From the NCBI RefSeq assembly GCF_013315695.1, contig NZ_CP054353.1: 64,000 nucleotides of DNA; one strand, 5' to 3'. This DNA is from Escherichia coli. GTDB taxonomy: Bacteria; Pseudomonadota; Gammaproteobacteria; Enterobacterales; Enterobacteriaceae. Below are positions 22,009-34,573 of this stretch, piece after piece (the stretch's first letter is position 1; each line of letters starts with the position of its first letter). The notes under the pieces were generated by a model that saw only the letters and a list, made by a program, of their open reading frames with translations, was not told the DNA's origin and did no database searches. Both the position numbers and the translations under genes were made by a program.

Positions 22009-23408
22009 ACTTCTCTCTGTAAATCCCGTTCCAGCGGTAACTCTACTGTAATGCTTACCCCGCCAAAAGGCGAATGGGCAGCAATAATGCGACCATTATG
22101 TGCTTCAACAATGTTCAGGCAAATCGCCAGCCCCAGCCCGGAACCGCCGCTGGCTCGGTTGCGGGAGCCTTCGGTGCGATAAAAACGTTCAAACAATTTT
22201 TGTAGCTGATCGTCACTGACGCCCGGCGCGCTGTCGGCAAAGGTCAGGCGCACCGTTTTGTCGTGCTGCTCGGCAGAGATTTTCAGGCTACCGCCGCTGT
22301 CAGTGTAGCGCAGGCTGTTTTCCAGTAAGTTATTGAATAACTGCATTAAACGGTCGCGATCGCCAAATACGGTAATACTGTCTGGCAGGGAAAATTGCAG
22401 TTTCAGGCCACGGCTGGCGAATCGTTCGCGAAATGCGCCGCCCGCCACTTCCAGCAGTGGGATCAAATCTACCGGTGCTTTTTGATAGGCGAGAGCGCCT
22501 TCATCAGACATCGACAACTGATGGAGATCGTCAACCAGTTTGGTCAGTGTACCGACCTCCGCCTGTAAAGACGCCACCGTCTCCGGCGTGAATTTACGCA
22601 CGCCATCCTGAATAGCTTCCAGTTCGCCGCGCAGTACCGCTAAAGGCGTGCGCAGCTCGTGGGAGATATCGGCCATAAAATCGCGGCGCATCTGTTGGTT
22701 TTTCTCCAGCGTGCTGGCGAGCTGGTTGAAGTCTTGCGCCAGTTTGCCCAATTCATCTTCACTGGTGGGCGTCACGCGAGTAGTGAAATCGCCCGCTGCC
22801 AGTTTGTGTGTACCGTCCACCAGTCGTTTGACCGGAGCCAGCAAACCGCGCGCCAGTGGGAATGTCGCCAGCGCCGCTAACAAGGTAGATAAAGCGACAA
22901 TCAGCCAACTGGTTTGCCTCTGTTGTCTGTCAAAATTGATATCGGTATTGCGGGTCAGTCGTTCAACAGGGGAGGCGATCACCGCACCCACTTCCGCCCC
23001 ATTGACCATAATGGGCCGCCGTGTGCCGTCTGGTGGAATCGGTGCTCGCGGGCCAACCAGCACTTTGTTGTTTTGATCAACCACCCAGAATTGCGTGCGC
23101 CAGCCGTGTGGCGGCATACCGGGGCCGGGCTTATCTTCGTTGTTATCATGCTCCAGCGAACGTAGGATCTGAAATACAAAGCGATCGTTATTACGCAGGA
23201 AGCGCCAGTTCCCGTGCTGGGCGTACTGCTCACCAAGCGCATCGCCGAGCATTTGCAGCCGTTGTTCATTACCATGCTTGATGTAATCAATAAAGCCACG
23301 CTCAAAACTGATACGCACCGCCCAGTGCATACTGATCAGCAAGACAATGCAGGTGGCGAAAATCGCCAGAAACAGTTTGCCGGTAATACCGGGTCGCCAG
23401 AACTTCAT
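22005..23408 (-). CDS. baeS: Sensor histidine kinase BaeS
   Basis: 467-aa ORF with TM segments, HAMP domain, H-box (SHELRTPL) and ATPase motifs. Confidence 0.9.
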   Translation of the reverse strand: MKFWRPGITGKLFLAIFATCIVLLISMHWAVRISFERGFIDYIKHGNEQRLQMLGDALGEQYAQHGNWRFLRNNDRFVFQILRSLEHDNNEDKPGPGMPPHGWRTQFWVVDQNNKVLVGPRAPIPPDGTRRPIMVNGAEVGAVIASPVERLTRNTDINFDRQQRQTSWLIVALSTLLAALATFPLARGLLAPVKRLVDGTHKLAAGDFTTRVTPTSEDELGKLAQDFNQLASTLEKNQQMRRDFMADISHELRTPLAVLRGELEAIQDGVRKFTPETVASLQAEVGTLTKLVDDLHQLSMSDEGALAYQKAPVDLIPLLEVAGGAFRERFASRGLKLQFSLPDSITVFGDRDRLMQLFNNLLENSLRYTDSGGSLKISAEQHDKTVRLTFADSAPGVSDDQLQKLFERFYRTEGSRNRASGGSGLGLAICLNIVEAHNGRIIAAHSPFGGVSITVELPLERDLQREV

Positions 23409-24820
23409 TGCGCGCTCCTTTTTCGCCGCGAAATAGCGACATTTTGATGCGTATCGTTCGGCACTCTGGCAAAGATGAACGCCGGAAGGGCGATGATAAA
23501 CGCCATGCTAAGCCAGGTGTACATAAAGACGGTTTGTGTGGTGCCGCTGTCGACGCTGACATGCTGTGAACCAAAAAGTCCCAGCAACAGCCCGGCGATA
23601 GTGACGCCGATACTCATCGACAATTGCATAATCATCGACAGCAGGCTGTTTCCGCTGCTCGCCAGATTGTCCGGGAGATCTTTCAGCGTCAGGGTGTTCA
23701 TAGAGGAGAAACGCGTCGAGTTGACCATCCCTTGTAAAAACAGGACGAACGGCAAAACGTAGTACCAGCCCAGCAGAGCGGTAGTCATAAACAGCAGGGT
23801 GACCAGCGACAGGCCCAGCGTGGTCGCCACCAGTACCCGACGGTAGCCAAAGCGATTCACCACCTGCACTACAATTCGCTTCATTCCCATGCTGCCGAGC
23901 ACCATCGGGATCATCATCAGTCCGGCATGGAACGGCGAGAAACCGAGGCCAATCTGTAAGAAAACCGGTGTCATAAAGGGCAACATGCCGCTACCGATAC
24001 GTCCGGCAAAACTCCCCGCCAGACCCAGCGAAAAGGTACGAGTACGGAACAGTTTCAGACTGAACAGGGCGCGGTTGTTATTTCTGGCGTGCAGCAGATA
24101 AAGCACCAGTGCCACCACGCCAACTGCGACCAGGCCAGCAATCGCCAGCGGCGATAAACCTGTACCTTTACTGCCGTCCAGCGCCAGGGTTAATACCGCC
24201 ATGCCAACCGCCAGCAATAAAAAGCCGGAGAGATCAAAGCGCCGCGTCTGCATGGTGTAGTTCGGCATTAACATCAGTGTGGCGATCGCACCGATAATCC
24301 CCACCGGAATGTTGATCAAAAAGATCCAGTGCCAGGAGGCGTACTCCACCAGCAGGCCGCCGAGCGCCGGACCGAGCAGCGGCCCGACCTGACCGGGTAA
24401 CGTGACAAAGGTCATCGCCGCCATATATTGCTCGCGCGGTACGATTTTCATCACCGTCAACCTGCCGACCGGCACCATCATCGCACCGCCAACGCCCTGT
24501 AACGCGCGTGCCAGCAACAGTTCGTTCAGCGTGCCGGAAAGTGCGCAAAATAGTGAACCGAGAGTAAACAGCACGATGGCGGTAAAGAAAATATTGCGCA
24601 CGCCGACTTTGTCCGCCAGCCAGCCGCTGGCGGGCAGCATCACCGCCACGGTCAGCACATAAGAGACAATGACCATGTGCATATGCAACGGACTTTCCCC
24701 GAGGCTTTGCGCCATTGAGGGAAGGGCGGTGTTTACGATGGTGGTGTCCAGCGACTGCATAAAGAAGCCGAAAGCCACAATCCACAATTGCCAGCGGGTG
24801 CTGTCGGGAAGATCTGTCAT
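23405..24820 (-). CDS. mdtD: MFS transporter MdtD
   Basis: 471-aa 14-TM-like hydrophobic ORF between mdtC and baeS. Confidence 0.85.
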   Translation of the reverse strand: MTDLPDSTRWQLWIVAFGFFMQSLDTTIVNTALPSMAQSLGESPLHMHMVIVSYVLTVAVMLPASGWLADKVGVRNIFFTAIVLFTLGSLFCALSGTLNELLLARALQGVGGAMMVPVGRLTVMKIVPREQYMAAMTFVTLPGQVGPLLGPALGGLLVEYASWHWIFLINIPVGIIGAIATLMLMPNYTMQTRRFDLSGFLLLAVGMAVLTLALDGSKGTGLSPLAIAGLVAVGVVALVLYLLHARNNNRALFSLKLFRTRTFSLGLAGSFAGRIGSGMLPFMTPVFLQIGLGFSPFHAGLMMIPMVLGSMGMKRIVVQVVNRFGYRRVLVATTLGLSLVTLLFMTTALLGWYYVLPFVLFLQGMVNSTRFSSMNTLTLKDLPDNLASSGNSLLSMIMQLSMSIGVTIAGLLLGLFGSQHVSVDSGTTQTVFMYTWLSMAFIIALPAFIFARVPNDTHQNVAISRRKRSAQ

Positions 24821-27800
24821 TTACTCGGTTACCGCTTGTTTAGGTTTACGCGAAAAACGCAGCCGCAGACGGTCGAAAAAGAGATACACCACCGGCGTGG
24901 TATACAGCGTCAGAAGCTGGCTCATGACCAGACCGCCGACAATGGTGATCCCCAATGGTTGCCGCAACTCCGAGCCGTCACCGCCCGACAATACCAGCGG
25001 CAGCGCACCAAACAGCGCCGCCAGGGTAGTCATCATAATCGGGCGAAAACGCAGCAGACAGGCCTGGAAAATAGCTTCCTGCGGCGTGAGGTTACCGTGC
25101 CGTTGGGCTTCAAGCGCAAAATCGACCATCATAATGGCGTTTTTCTTCACGATGCCGATTAATAGCATGATCCCTATCAGGGCGATTAGGCTGAACGGGG
25201 CATTGAACAGCTCCAGCGCCAACAGCGCTCCAACGCCCGCCGAGGGCAGGGTGGAGAGAATCGTCAGCGGATGTACGTAACTCTCGTAAAGGATACCCAG
25301 CACGATATACACCGTGGCGATGGCGGCGATAATCAGGATCACCTGCGAGTTCATCGTCTCCTGGAACACCTGCGCCGTGCCGGCAAAACTACCGCGCACC
25401 GTCGAAGGCACACCAAGCTGGGTCATTGCGCGATCGATCGCCGCACTGGCGTCCGAGAGCGATTTCCCGGTCGGCAGGTTGAACGAGATGGTCGAGGCCG
25501 CCGATAATCCCTGATGATTCACCGATAGTGGGGCATTCGCCGGTTGCCATTTAGCGAAATACGACAGCGGGATCGCTTTTCCTTCGTTATTGATAACGAA
25601 CATTTTTTCCAGCGCACTGATGTCCTGGGTATAGCGCGGATCCACTTCCATCACCACTTTATACTGGTTCATCGGCTGGTAAATGGTCGAGATTTGCCGC
25701 TGACCGAAGGCGTTATTTAACAGGCTGTTGGCGGCCTGCACGTCGATTCCCAGCCGTGCCATGGTGTCGCGGTCGTAAACCAGATTCATTTCCGCGCCGT
25801 TATCCTGCTGGTCGGAGTTCACGTCCGCCAGTTCCGGCAATGTCGCCAGTTTTTTGCGGATTTTCGGCTCCCATTCGCGCAGTGCCGCCAGGTCGTCGGA
25901 TAACAACGTGTACTGATAGCTGGCGTTCGACTGACGTCCGCCAACGCGAATATCCTGCACTGCCATCAGGAACAGATTCGCCCCCGGTTCTTTCGCCAGC
26001 TTCACCCGCAAACGGTCGATAATTTGCTGCGCCGTTTCGCTGCGTTCGTCGCGTGGCTTGAGGGTGATAAACATCATCCCGCTGTTCACTCGCGAACCGC
26101 CGGTAAAGCCGGTGACATTATCCACCGCCGGATCGTCACGGATAATTTTCATGAAATCCTGCAACTTACCGCGCATCGCCTGAAACGAAATACTCTGATC
26201 CGCCTGTATCCCGCCCATCAACACGCCGGTGTCCTGCTCCGGAAAGAAGGTTTTCGGGATCGAGATATACAGCCAGATATTCAGCGCAATGGTGCCAAGC
26301 AGCACCACACCCACCAGACGGGTATGATTGAGCACCCATTTCAGCGACTTGCCGTAGCCTTGTTGCAGAGCAACCAACATGCGACCAAATCCACGCAGTC
26401 GCTTTTGCTCGCGCGGCTTGCTGGCTTTTAGCATCCAGCCGCACATCATTGGCGTTAGCGTCAGGGAAACCAGCAACGAAATACCAATGGCGACAGAAAG
26501 CGTCACGGCAAACTCGCGTAACAGGCGGCCCGGCAATCCGCCCATCAACAGCAGCGGCAGGAACACCGCCACCAGTGACAGACTCATTGATAGCACCGTA
26601 AAGCCGACTTCACGGGTGCCTTGCAGTGCGGCCTGTAGCGGTTTCATCCCCGCTTCCAGATGACGGGCAATGTTTTCCAGCACCACGATGGCGTCATCCA
26701 CCACAAAGCCAGTGGCGATGGTGAGCGCCATTAACGAAATATTATTGAGACTGAAACCACACAGGTACATCGCCGCAAACGTACCAATCAGCGAAACCGG
26801 CACCGCAACGGCGGGAATAATGGTGGCGCGACCCGAACGCAGGAATAAAAACACCACCAGAATCACCAGCGCCACCGAGATAATCAGCGTCTGCTCAACC
26901 TCTTCCAGCGACGCGCGGATAGTAGGGGAGCGATCCTGGGCAATTTGCAGATCAATCGCCGCCGGAATGGTCTCCTGCAACTCCGGTAATTTTGCTCGGA
27001 TGCTGTCTACCGTCTGGATAATATTGGCTTCCGGCAGCTTGCGGATCATCAGCAAAATGGCCGGTTTGGCGTTGGTCATCCCGGCGTTACGTACATCTTG
27101 TACAGAGTCGGTCACCGTCGCCACATCGCCCAGACGAACCGCTCCGCCGTTGTTGTAATGAATAATCAGCGGCTGATATTCAGCGGCAGTTTTCAGTTCG
27201 TCATTGGTCTGGATCTGCCAGCGGTGGGTGCCATCTTCCAGTGCGCCCTGCGGTTTACGCACGTTGGCATTGCTGATGGCAGTGCGTACGTCGTCCAGCG
27301 AGACGCCCTGATTAAACAGCGCCTGCGGATTCAGCCCGACGCGTACGGCGGGCAGCGAGCTGCCGCCAACATCGACATCACCGACACCGTCGATTTGCGA
27401 AATCGTCGGAGCCAGCTGCGTCGAGGCGAAATCGTACAGTTCACCCTGCGAATAAGTATCGGATGTCAGCGTGAGGATCATAATTGGCGCATCCGACGGG
27501 TTCGCTTTGCGATAGGTCGGACGGCTGGGCATCCCGCTGGGTAGCAGACTTTGCGCGGCGTTGATCGCCGCCTGCACATCGCGCGCTGCGCCGTTGATAT
27601 CCCGGTCAAAATCAAACTGCAAAATAATGCGCGTGCTGCCGAGCGAACTGCTGGAGGTCATTTCGCTGACTCCGGCAATGCGCCCAAGTGAGCGCTCCAG
27701 CGGCGTGGCAACGGAAGACGCCATTGTTTCTGGTGACGCACCGGGCAGCGAGGCGCTGACCATGATCACCGGAAAATCGACCTGCGGCAGCGGGGCGACT

Positions 27801-27898
27801 GGCAGCATACGGAAACCCAGTATGCCGCACAGGGTAATGGCGACCGACAGTAAAATCGTCGCCACCGGGCGGTAAATGAAGAGGGCAAAAAACTTCAC
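24821..27898 (-). CDS. mdtC: RND multidrug efflux pump subunit MdtC
   Basis: 1025-aa RND permease; operon position. Confidence 0.9.
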   Translation of the reverse strand: MKFFALFIYRPVATILLSVAITLCGILGFRMLPVAPLPQVDFPVIMVSASLPGASPETMASSVATPLERSLGRIAGVSEMTSSSSLGSTRIILQFDFDRDINGAARDVQAAINAAQSLLPSGMPSRPTYRKANPSDAPIMILTLTSDTYSQGELYDFASTQLAPTISQIDGVGDVDVGGSSLPAVRVGLNPQALFNQGVSLDDVRTAISNANVRKPQGALEDGTHRWQIQTNDELKTAAEYQPLIIHYNNGGAVRLGDVATVTDSVQDVRNAGMTNAKPAILLMIRKLPEANIIQTVDSIRAKLPELQETIPAAIDLQIAQDRSPTIRASLEEVEQTLIISVALVILVVFLFLRSGRATIIPAVAVPVSLIGTFAAMYLCGFSLNNISLMALTIATGFVVDDAIVVLENIARHLEAGMKPLQAALQGTREVGFTVLSMSLSLVAVFLPLLLMGGLPGRLLREFAVTLSVAIGISLLVSLTLTPMMCGWMLKASKPREQKRLRGFGRMLVALQQGYGKSLKWVLNHTRLVGVVLLGTIALNIWLYISIPKTFFPEQDTGVLMGGIQADQSISFQAMRGKLQDFMKIIRDDPAVDNVTGFTGGSRVNSGMMFITLKPRDERSETAQQIIDRLRVKLAKEPGANLFLMAVQDIRVGGRQSNASYQYTLLSDDLAALREWEPKIRKKLATLPELADVNSDQQDNGAEMNLVYDRDTMARLGIDVQAANSLLNNAFGQRQISTIYQPMNQYKVVMEVDPRYTQDISALEKMFVINNEGKAIPLSYFAKWQPANAPLSVNHQGLSAASTISFNLPTGKSLSDASAAIDRAMTQLGVPSTVRGSFAGTAQVFQETMNSQVILIIAAIATVYIVLGILYESYVHPLTILSTLPSAGVGALLALELFNAPFSLIALIGIMLLIGIVKKNAIMMVDFALEAQRHGNLTPQEAIFQACLLRFRPIMMTTLAALFGALPLVLSGGDGSELRQPLGITIVGGLVMSQLLTLYTTPVVYLFFDRLRLRFSRKPKQAVTE

Positions 27899-30800
27899 TT
27901 ACGCCTCCTCTTCATGACGGGCAAAGCGGCTTTTGGTCCACAATGCCAGGCGGTCGAATAGCAGATAAATCACCGGCGTGGTAAACAGCGTCAGCACCTG
28001 GCTGACAATCAGACCGCCGACCATGCCGATACCTAACGGACGACGCAGTTCCGCGCCGACCCCGGTACTCAACATCAGCGGCAGCGCACCAAGCAGAGCC
28101 GCCAGAGTGGTCATCAGGATCGGACGAAAACGCAACAGACAAGCCTGGTAAATAGCTTCGCGCGGCGACATGCCTTGCTCGCGCTCAGCAGCCAGCGCGA
28201 AGTCGATCATCATGATGGCGTTCTTCTTCACGATACCGATCAGCAAAATAATGCCGATAATGGCAATCACATCCAGTTCGCTACCGGCAATCATTAACGC
28301 CAGCAGCGCGCCGACCCCTGCGGTGGGTAGCGTCGAGAGAATGGTGATCGGGTGAATAAAGCTCTCGTACAGAATGCCGAGCACGATATACATCGCCACC
28401 ACCGCCGCGACAATCAGCCAGACCGTGCTGCCCAGCGCCGACTGGAAGGCGAGGGTGCTGCCCTGGAACTGCGTGGTGATATCCACCGGCAGATTCAGCG
28501 TCTTTTCGGTGTCCATAATCGCTTGCACCGCATCGCCCAGCGAATAGTTATCCGGCACGTTAAAGGAGATGGTCGTTACCGGGAACTGATCCAGATGGTT
28601 GATGGAAAGCGGCGCAAAACGCTGCTCAATTTTGGCAATTGAGCTTAGCGGCACCACGCCGCCGTCGCTGCTGGTCAGGCGAATAGTATCCAGCGCCGCA
28701 AGCCCAGGAGTATTTTCGGTGTTGTGCTCCAGCACCACGCGATACTGGTTGGCCTGAGTATAAATAGTGGAAATCAGTCGCTGACCAAACGCGTTGTAAA
28801 GGGCGTTATCGACGTCCGCCATGCTGATCCCCAGACGGCTGGCGCTGTCGCGATCAACATTGACATACGCCACCAGCCCTTTGTCCTGCCAGTCGCTGGA
28901 GACATCAGAAAGCTGTGGCAGCTGCTGGAGTTTTTCCATCAACTGTGGCACCCAGGTACTGAGCGCATCCAGTGACGTGGCCTGCAAGGTAAACTGGTAC
29001 TGGGTGCGGCTGACCTGAGTATCAATAGTCAGGTCCTGCGTTGGTTGCAGGAAGAGATCGACGCCCGGCACTTTATCTACCGCCGTTTGCAGACGGGCGA
29101 TGACTTTTTGCACCCGGTCATCTCGTTCATCCAGTGGTTTGAGATTGATCTGTAAACGTGCACTGTTCAGCGACGGGTTAGTGCCATCAACGCCAACAAA
29201 TGAGGTCAAACTTTGCACTGCCGGATCCTGCAAAATCACGTCCGCGACCTGGCGTTGCCGCTGGGCCATATTGGCAAAGGAGCTGGATTGCGGTGCCTGC
29301 AAAGTGCCCTGAATAATGCCGTTGTCCTGCACCGGGAAGAAACCTTTCGGAATGAACACCCACAGCAGCACGCTAAGCAGCAGCGTGCTGAGCGCCACGC
29401 TTAAGGTCAGCCACGGATGATTCAGCACTTTCGCCAGTCCACGACCATAGGCGGCGATTATCCTGTCGAACATTTTCTCCGAGGCACGGGAGAAGCGGTT
29501 CTGTTTACGCAGTGACTCCTGGCTGAGCATCCGTGCGCACATCATCGGCGTCAGGGTCAGCGACACCACGGCTGAGATCAAAATCGCGACTGCCAGAGTA
29601 ATGGCAAATTCGCGGAACAGTCGCCCGACGATATCGCCCATAAATAGCAGTGGGATCAACACTGCAATCAGTGAGAAGGTCAGCGAGATAATGGTAAAGC
29701 CGATTTCACCCGCGCCTTTGAGCGCCGCCGCCAGCGGTTTTTCGCCTTTTTCGATATAGCGGGAAATGTTTTCGATCACCACGATGGCGTCATCGACCAC
29801 AAATCCGGTGGCGATAGTTAACGCCATCAGCGTCAGGTTATTGATTGAAAAATCGAGAAACACCATGACCGCGAAGGTGCCGATTAACGACAGCGGCACG
29901 GCGACGCCGGGAATGATGGTCGCCGGAATATTGCGCAAAAACAGGTAGATAATCATGACTACCAGCGCGATAGCCATCATCAATTCAAACTGAGTATCAT
30001 CGACGGATGCGCGAATATTGGTGGTACGGTCAGAAAGTACCGTCACCTTCACCGATTTCGGCAGACTCTCGGTGAGCTGTGGCAGCATCTGCCGGATGCT
30101 GTCGGCGGTGGAGATAATGTTAGCACCTGGCTGGCGCTGAACATTCATCACAATGGCCTGTTCTTTGTTCGCCCACGCGCCGAGCCAGCTGTTTTCTGCT
30201 CCTTGCTCTACGGTTGCGACATCGCCCAGACGAATCGGCGCGCCGTTCTGGTAGGCAATAATTAGCTGGCGATACTCTTCGGCGGATTGCATCTGGTCGT
30301 TCGCGGAAAGGGTGACCGCGCGGGAAGGGCCGTCGAGGCTACCTTTTGCCGAGTTAACGTTAGCGCCGGTAATGGCGGTGCGCACGGTTTCGCTGGTCAG
30401 GCCGAGGGCGGCAATCGCCTGAGCGTTAAGTTTGACGCGAACAGCCGGACGCTGACCGCCGGAAAGTGTCACCAGGCCGACGCCGGAAATCTGCGAGATT
30501 TTCTGCGCGACGCGGGTTTCCACCATATCTTCCACTTGCGTCATCGGCATGGCGGTTGAGGTGACAGCGAGCGTCATGATCGGCGGATCTGCCGGGTTCA
30601 CTTTGCTGTAAACCGGCGGGTTAGGCAGATCGCTCGGCAACAAGTTGGTCGCAGCGTTAATCGCGGCCTGCACTTCCTGCTCGGCGACATCGAGCGGTAA
30701 TGTTAGCTGGAACTGTAAGGTGATAACTGACGCACCGCCGGAACTTTGCGACGACATCTGTTTCAGGCCAGACATCTGCCCAAACTGGCGTTCAAGCGGC

Positions 30801-31021
30801 GCGGTAACGGCAGAGGTCATGACATCCGGGCTCGCACCTGGGTAGAGGGTAACCACCTGAATGGTCGGATAGTCCACTTCCGGCAGCGCCGAAACGGGCA
30901 GGGCTCGATAACCGATAATCCCGGCGAGTAAGATCGCCACCATCAGCAGCGTGGTGGCGACAGGACGCATAATAAACAGGCGCGACGGGCCGCCTGTGCT
31001 GCTCGGGGGTAACACCTGCAT
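27899..31021 (-). CDS. mdtB: RND multidrug efflux pump subunit MdtB
   Basis: 1040-aa RND permease paralogous to MdtC; overlaps mdtA stop by 1 nt. Confidence 0.9.
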   Translation of the reverse strand: MQVLPPSSTGGPSRLFIMRPVATTLLMVAILLAGIIGYRALPVSALPEVDYPTIQVVTLYPGASPDVMTSAVTAPLERQFGQMSGLKQMSSQSSGGASVITLQFQLTLPLDVAEQEVQAAINAATNLLPSDLPNPPVYSKVNPADPPIMTLAVTSTAMPMTQVEDMVETRVAQKISQISGVGLVTLSGGQRPAVRVKLNAQAIAALGLTSETVRTAITGANVNSAKGSLDGPSRAVTLSANDQMQSAEEYRQLIIAYQNGAPIRLGDVATVEQGAENSWLGAWANKEQAIVMNVQRQPGANIISTADSIRQMLPQLTESLPKSVKVTVLSDRTTNIRASVDDTQFELMMAIALVVMIIYLFLRNIPATIIPGVAVPLSLIGTFAVMVFLDFSINNLTLMALTIATGFVVDDAIVVIENISRYIEKGEKPLAAALKGAGEIGFTIISLTFSLIAVLIPLLFMGDIVGRLFREFAITLAVAILISAVVSLTLTPMMCARMLSQESLRKQNRFSRASEKMFDRIIAAYGRGLAKVLNHPWLTLSVALSTLLLSVLLWVFIPKGFFPVQDNGIIQGTLQAPQSSSFANMAQRQRQVADVILQDPAVQSLTSFVGVDGTNPSLNSARLQINLKPLDERDDRVQKVIARLQTAVDKVPGVDLFLQPTQDLTIDTQVSRTQYQFTLQATSLDALSTWVPQLMEKLQQLPQLSDVSSDWQDKGLVAYVNVDRDSASRLGISMADVDNALYNAFGQRLISTIYTQANQYRVVLEHNTENTPGLAALDTIRLTSSDGGVVPLSSIAKIEQRFAPLSINHLDQFPVTTISFNVPDNYSLGDAVQAIMDTEKTLNLPVDITTQFQGSTLAFQSALGSTVWLIVAAVVAMYIVLGILYESFIHPITILSTLPTAGVGALLALMIAGSELDVIAIIGIILLIGIVKKNAIMMIDFALAAEREQGMSPREAIYQACLLRFRPILMTTLAALLGALPLMLSTGVGAELRRPLGIGMVGGLIVSQVLTLFTTPVIYLLFDRLALWTKSRFARHEEEA

Positions 31022-32268
31022 CAGGAGCGTGCTCCTTTTTTCGCGTATTCGCGGCTGGTGGCTTTCTCTTCCGAAGTGGTGGCGCTCTGGGCTTCCACCA
31101 CTTCCACTTTCGCCCCTTCGGTCAGGCGATCAATTCCGTCCGTCACTACGCGGTCGCCCGCAGAAATACCTGCGCGGATCACCACTTTCTGACTGTCCTG
31201 AATGCCCGGTGTCACCAGATGTTTGCTGACTTTGTTTTCGCTATTCAGTACCCAGACAAAATGGCCTTCGTTGCCCATTTGCAGGGCGGCGGTGGGGATC
31301 ACCACGGCGTTTTGTTCGGTGTCGACTAACATGCGCGCGTTAACAAACTGATTGGGAAACAGCGCATCATCCTGATTATTAAAGCGAGCTTTCACTTTAA
31401 TCGTACCGGTAGTGGCATCGATTTGGTTATCGAGGCTTAACAGCGTGCCTTCGCTTAATTTCTTCGAGTTGGTGCGATCCCAGGCTTCTACCACCAGCGG
31501 TTTCCCGGCTTTTTGCGCCTGCACGACGGTAGCGATATCGCTTTCCGGCAGGGTAAAGAGCAAATCGATAGGATGCGTCTGGGTGATCACCACAATCCCG
31601 GTGGTATCACCACTGGAGATTTGGTTACCAACATCAACCTGCTTGAGACCAACGCGACCATCGACTGGTGCGGTGATGCGGCTCCAGTCGAGTTGCAGCT
31701 GTGCGCTGGCGACGCTTGCTTCATCAGCCTTAATGGTGCCTTCGGTTTCACTGACCAGCGCCTGTTGGGCATCCAGCTCCTGGCGGGAGACAAGATTGGT
31801 TTTTGCCAGTTGTTGATAACGCGCCAGGTCACGGCGGGCGTTGGCAAGCGTGGCTTTATCTTTTGCCAGTTGGCCCTGGGCTTGTGCTAATGCAACTTTG
31901 AACTGGCTGGGGTCAATTTCTGCCAGTAAATCGCCTGCTTTGACCTGCTGGCCTTCCAGGAAATGCAACGCCATCAGTTGACCGTCCACGCGGCTGCGCA
32001 CCGTAACAGTATTAGCGGCGGTAATGGTGCCAAGCCCGGTGAGGTAACGCGGAACAGCCTGTTCTACGGCGGTCGCCGCCTGAACCGGGGCTAATGGGCC
32101 GGAACGCATACCACGGCGACCACCCGCTGGCGATTGCTGCGCTTGTTTCGTCGCCCCTGGGGCTGCACTCCGGGAGTCATTGCGGCCTTGCCAGAACCAG
32201 AATGCGGCGATGGCGGCGATAACCACCACGATTACGATTACCCAACGGGATTTATAACTGCCTTTCAT
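31021..32268 (-). CDS. mdtA: RND efflux membrane fusion protein MdtA
   Basis: Start placed at [16 protein letters not shown] (415 aa) inside the longer six-frame ORF 31021..32415. Confidence 0.85.
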   Translation of the reverse strand: MKGSYKSRWVIVIVVVIAAIAAFWFWQGRNDSRSAAPGATKQAQQSPAGGRRGMRSGPLAPVQAATAVEQAVPRYLTGLGTITAANTVTVRSRVDGQLMALHFLEGQQVKAGDLLAEIDPSQFKVALAQAQGQLAKDKATLANARRDLARYQQLAKTNLVSRQELDAQQALVSETEGTIKADEASVASAQLQLDWSRITAPVDGRVGLKQVDVGNQISSGDTTGIVVITQTHPIDLLFTLPESDIATVVQAQKAGKPLVVEAWDRTNSKKLSEGTLLSLDNQIDATTGTIKVKARFNNQDDALFPNQFVNARMLVDTEQNAVVIPTAALQMGNEGHFVWVLNSENKVSKHLVTPGIQDSQKVVIRAGISAGDRVVTDGIDRLTEGAKVEVVEAQSATTSEEKATSREYAKKGARS

Positions 32269-32321
32269 CGTTAAGAGTTTCTCTTCCTGAAACGTTTCGC
32301 GGAATGATACTAGTGTAGCCA

Positions 32322-32339
32322 GCCAATCAGGGAGAAAAA
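32322..32339 (-). promoter_or_regulatory. Candidate BaeR-binding box in the mdtA promoter
   Basis: Plus-strand GCCAATCAGGGAGAAAAA is the reverse complement of a sequence close to the BaeR consensus TTTTTCTCCATDATTGGC as I recall it; about 55 bp upstream of mdtA start. Confidence 0.5.
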
Positions 32340-32496
32340 TGGAGGAATTATGAAACACTATCGGGAATCGTCTGAATGGCGGGCACATTTGCGAGCACGC
32401 ATCCAGTAATAACACAGGAAACTATTTTATCTACGCGTTAGCGATAGACTGCATTCAGGGCAAAAGGAGGTAGGCCGACGATTTCAGCGGGACGCT

Positions 32497-32640
32497 GAAA
32501 CGGGAAAGCCCCTCCCGAGGAAGGGGCCTTAAATAAGGAAAGGGTCATGATGAAGCTACTCATCATCGTGGTGCTCTTAGTGATTAGCTACCCTGCATAC
32601 TAAGACTACCAGGGCGGGGGAAACCCCGCTCTACCCTCAC
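32497..32640 (-). ncRNA. sibB: Sib-family antisense sRNA (antitoxin) covering the ibs ORF; ends approximate
   Basis: Inferred from the known ibs/sib arrangement; minus-strand hairpin (GCCCCT...AGGGGC at 32508..32527) followed by a U-rich tract would form its terminator. Confidence 0.5.
32547..32603 (+). CDS. ibsB: Ibs-family type I toxin peptide, 18 aa (MMKLLIIVVLLVISYPAY)
   Basis: Tiny hydrophobic ORF with RBS AAGGAAAGGG, inside the first of two about 325-bp tandem repeat units; A/B naming is tentative. Confidence 0.75.
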   Translation: MMKLLIIVVLLVISYPAY

Positions 32641-32825
32641 TCCTGAAATTATGCCTTCACGATAAGATTGTCAATCCGCAGGCTTTGTAGTCTGCGATCC
32701 TGCCAGCAAATATTCTTTGCGAGTCGTTACGGAATAATCACCGAGGAAACTATTTTGTTCACGCGTTAGCGATAGACTGCATTCAGGGCGAAAGGAGGTA
32801 AGCCGACGATTTCAGCGGGACGCTG

Positions 32826-32962
32826 AAACGGGAAACCCTCTCCCGGAGAAGAGGGCTTTTAATAAGGAAAGGGTTATGATGAAGCACGTCATCATACTGG
32901 TGATACTCTTAGTGATTAGCTTCCAGGCTTACTAAGAACACCAGGGGGAGGGGGAAACCTCT
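32826..32962 (-). ncRNA. sibA: Sib-family antisense sRNA (second copy); ends approximate
   Basis: Same architecture as the first unit; hairpin CCCTCT...AGAGGG at 32835..32855. Confidence 0.5.
32876..32935 (+). CDS. ibsA: Ibs-family type I toxin peptide, 19 aa (MMKHVIILVILLVISFQAY)
   Basis: Second tiny hydrophobic ORF in the second repeat unit with the same RBS context; A/B naming tentative. Confidence 0.75.
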   Translation: MMKHVIILVILLVISFQAY

Positions 32963-33155
32963 CCCTAACCCTCACTCCTGAAATTATGTCACTCCGCCCT
33001 TAGTGTCAATCGACGGCTCTCCGTTCTTGCGAGGCGAATAGCAAAATTTTCTGCGCCGCCGGGCCTAATTCTGAAAGTTTCTTCGTTTGCTCTTATTTCA
33101 TTATTGCAATCGGTATGATACCGGACCTCAATAATTCTCTAAGAAAGGATTTCTT

Positions 33156-33815
33156 ATGAGCGAACAAATCACGTTTGCCACCAGCGATTTTGCCAGTAAC
33201 CCGGAACCACGTTGCCCCTGCATTTTGCTGCTGGATGTTTCTGGTTCTATGAACGGTAGACCCATTAATGAACTTAACGCCGGATTGGTTACCTTTCGCG
33301 ATGAGCTGCTTGCCGACCCGCTGGCCTTAAAAAGAGTGGAACTCGGTATTGTGACGTTCGGCCCAGTGCATGTGGAACAACCCTTTACCAGCGCCGCTAA
33401 TTTTTTCCCGCCCATCCTGTTTGCCCATGGGGATACACCAATGGGCGCCGCCATTACCAAAGCCCTGAATATGGTTGAGGAGCGCAAACGTGAGTATCGC
33501 GCCAATGGTATTTCCTATTATCGTCCGTGGATTTTCCTGATTACCGATGGCGCACCAACCGATGAGTGGCAGGCTGCTGCCAACAAGGTGTTTCAGGGGG
33601 AAGAAGATAAGAAGTTTGCCTTCTTTTCCATCGGTGTTCAGGGGGCGGATATGAAGACGCTGGCCCAAATCAGCGTTCGTCAGCCTTTGCCTCTTCAAGG
33701 ATTACAATTCCGCGAACTATTTAGCTGGTTATCCAGTTCGCTGCGTTCGGTTTCCCGCTCCACGCCGGGAACGGAAGTTGTACTGGAAGCGCCAAAAGGC
33801 TGGACGTCAGTGTGA
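33156..33815 (+). CDS. yegL: von Willebrand factor A (vWA) domain protein, TerY-like
   Basis: 219-aa ORF with MIDAS motif DVSGSM near the N-terminus; stop overlaps yegK start. Confidence 0.85.
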   Translation: MSEQITFATSDFASNPEPRCPCILLLDVSGSMNGRPINELNAGLVTFRDELLADPLALKRVELGIVTFGPVHVEQPFTSAANFFPPILFAHGDTPMGAAITKALNMVEERKREYRANGISYYRPWIFLITDGAPTDEWQAAANKVFQGEEDKKFAFFSIGVQGADMKTLAQISVRQPLPLQGLQFRELFSWLSSSLRSVSRSTPGTEVVLEAPKGWTSV

Positions 33816-34573
33816 GCTGGCGTCTGGTTTATGCATCAGCCGTTGGAACGTCGCACATCAGCGCTGACTTGTCTTGCCAGGATGCCTGCCAGATGCAGGT
33901 TGCCTGGCTAGAAGACCAGCAGCCATTATTGTCGGTATTTGTCGCTGATGGCGCAGGCAGCGTCTCGCAGGGAGGCGAAGGTGCGATGCTTGCCGTCAAT
34001 GAAGCGATGGCTTATATATCGCAAAAAGTGCAGGGTGGGGAATTGGGGCTTAATGATGTCCTCGCAACGGATATTGTACTGACTATTCGTCAGCGATTTT
34101 TTGCCGAGGCAGAGGCCAAAGAATTAGCGGTTCGCGATTTTGCCTGCACATTTCTGGGGCTGATTTCATCGCCTAACGGCACATTGATTATGCAGATTGG
34201 CGATGGTGGCGTGGTGGTAGATTTGGGGCACGGTTTGCAATTGCCGCTCACGCCGATGGTGGGTGAATATGCCAACATGACGCATTTCATTACCGATGAA
34301 GATGCCGTTTCCAGACTGGAAACTTTCACCAGCACTGAGCGTGCGCATAGAGTTGCAGCATTTACGGATGGTATTCAGAGACTGGCGTTAAATATGCTGG
34401 ATAATTCTCCGCATGTGCCTTTCTTTACCCCGTTTTTCAATGGACTGGCGTCAGCAACGCAGGAACAACTCGATTTATTACCTGAATTGTTAAAGCAGTT
34501 TTTGTCCAGCCCGGCGGTAAACGAGCGTACGGATGATGATAAAACGTTGGCACTGGCTATGTGGTTACCATGA
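33812..34573 (+). CDS. yegK: PP2C-family serine/threonine protein phosphatase
   Basis: 253-aa ORF with PP2C-like metal-binding aspartates (FVADGAGS...DGGVVV); 13-nt overlap with yegI start. Confidence 0.8.
   Translation: MSWRLVYASAVGTSHISADLSCQDACQMQVAWLEDQQPLLSVFVADGAGSVSQGGEGAMLAVNEAMAYISQKVQGGELGLNDVLATDIVLTIRQRFFAEAEAKELAVRDFACTFLGLISSPNGTLIMQIGDGGVVVDLGHGLQLPLTPMVGEYANMTHFITDEDAVSRLETFTSTERAHRVAAFTDGIQRLALNMLDNSPHVPFFTPFFNGLASATQEQLDLLPELLKQFLSSPAVNERTDDDKTLALAMWLP

Noticed and set aside
24669-27158. Several long plus-strand ORFs (for example 24669..25280, 26670..27158, 27098..27544) inside the mdtC/mdtB region
   Set aside because: They lie antisense to the long, well-supported RND pump genes, have no RBS or recognisable domains, and are typical shadow ORFs in GC-rich coding sequence.
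31021-32415. N-terminally extended six-frame ORFs for mdtA (464 aa), and likewise udk (234 aa), fbaB (374 aa), wzc (732 aa), yegH (549 aa) and wcaD (430 aa)
   Set aside because: Internal start codons give proteins matching the known lengths and have better RBS context; the extensions overlap upstream genes or promoters.
32417-32995. Possible CRISPR array or other spacer-repeat structure in the mdtA-yegL intergenic region
   Set aside because: Only two long (about 325 bp) repeat units, each containing a peptide ORF with RBS; no short regular repeat-spacer periodicity. Better explained as ibs/sib type I TA units.
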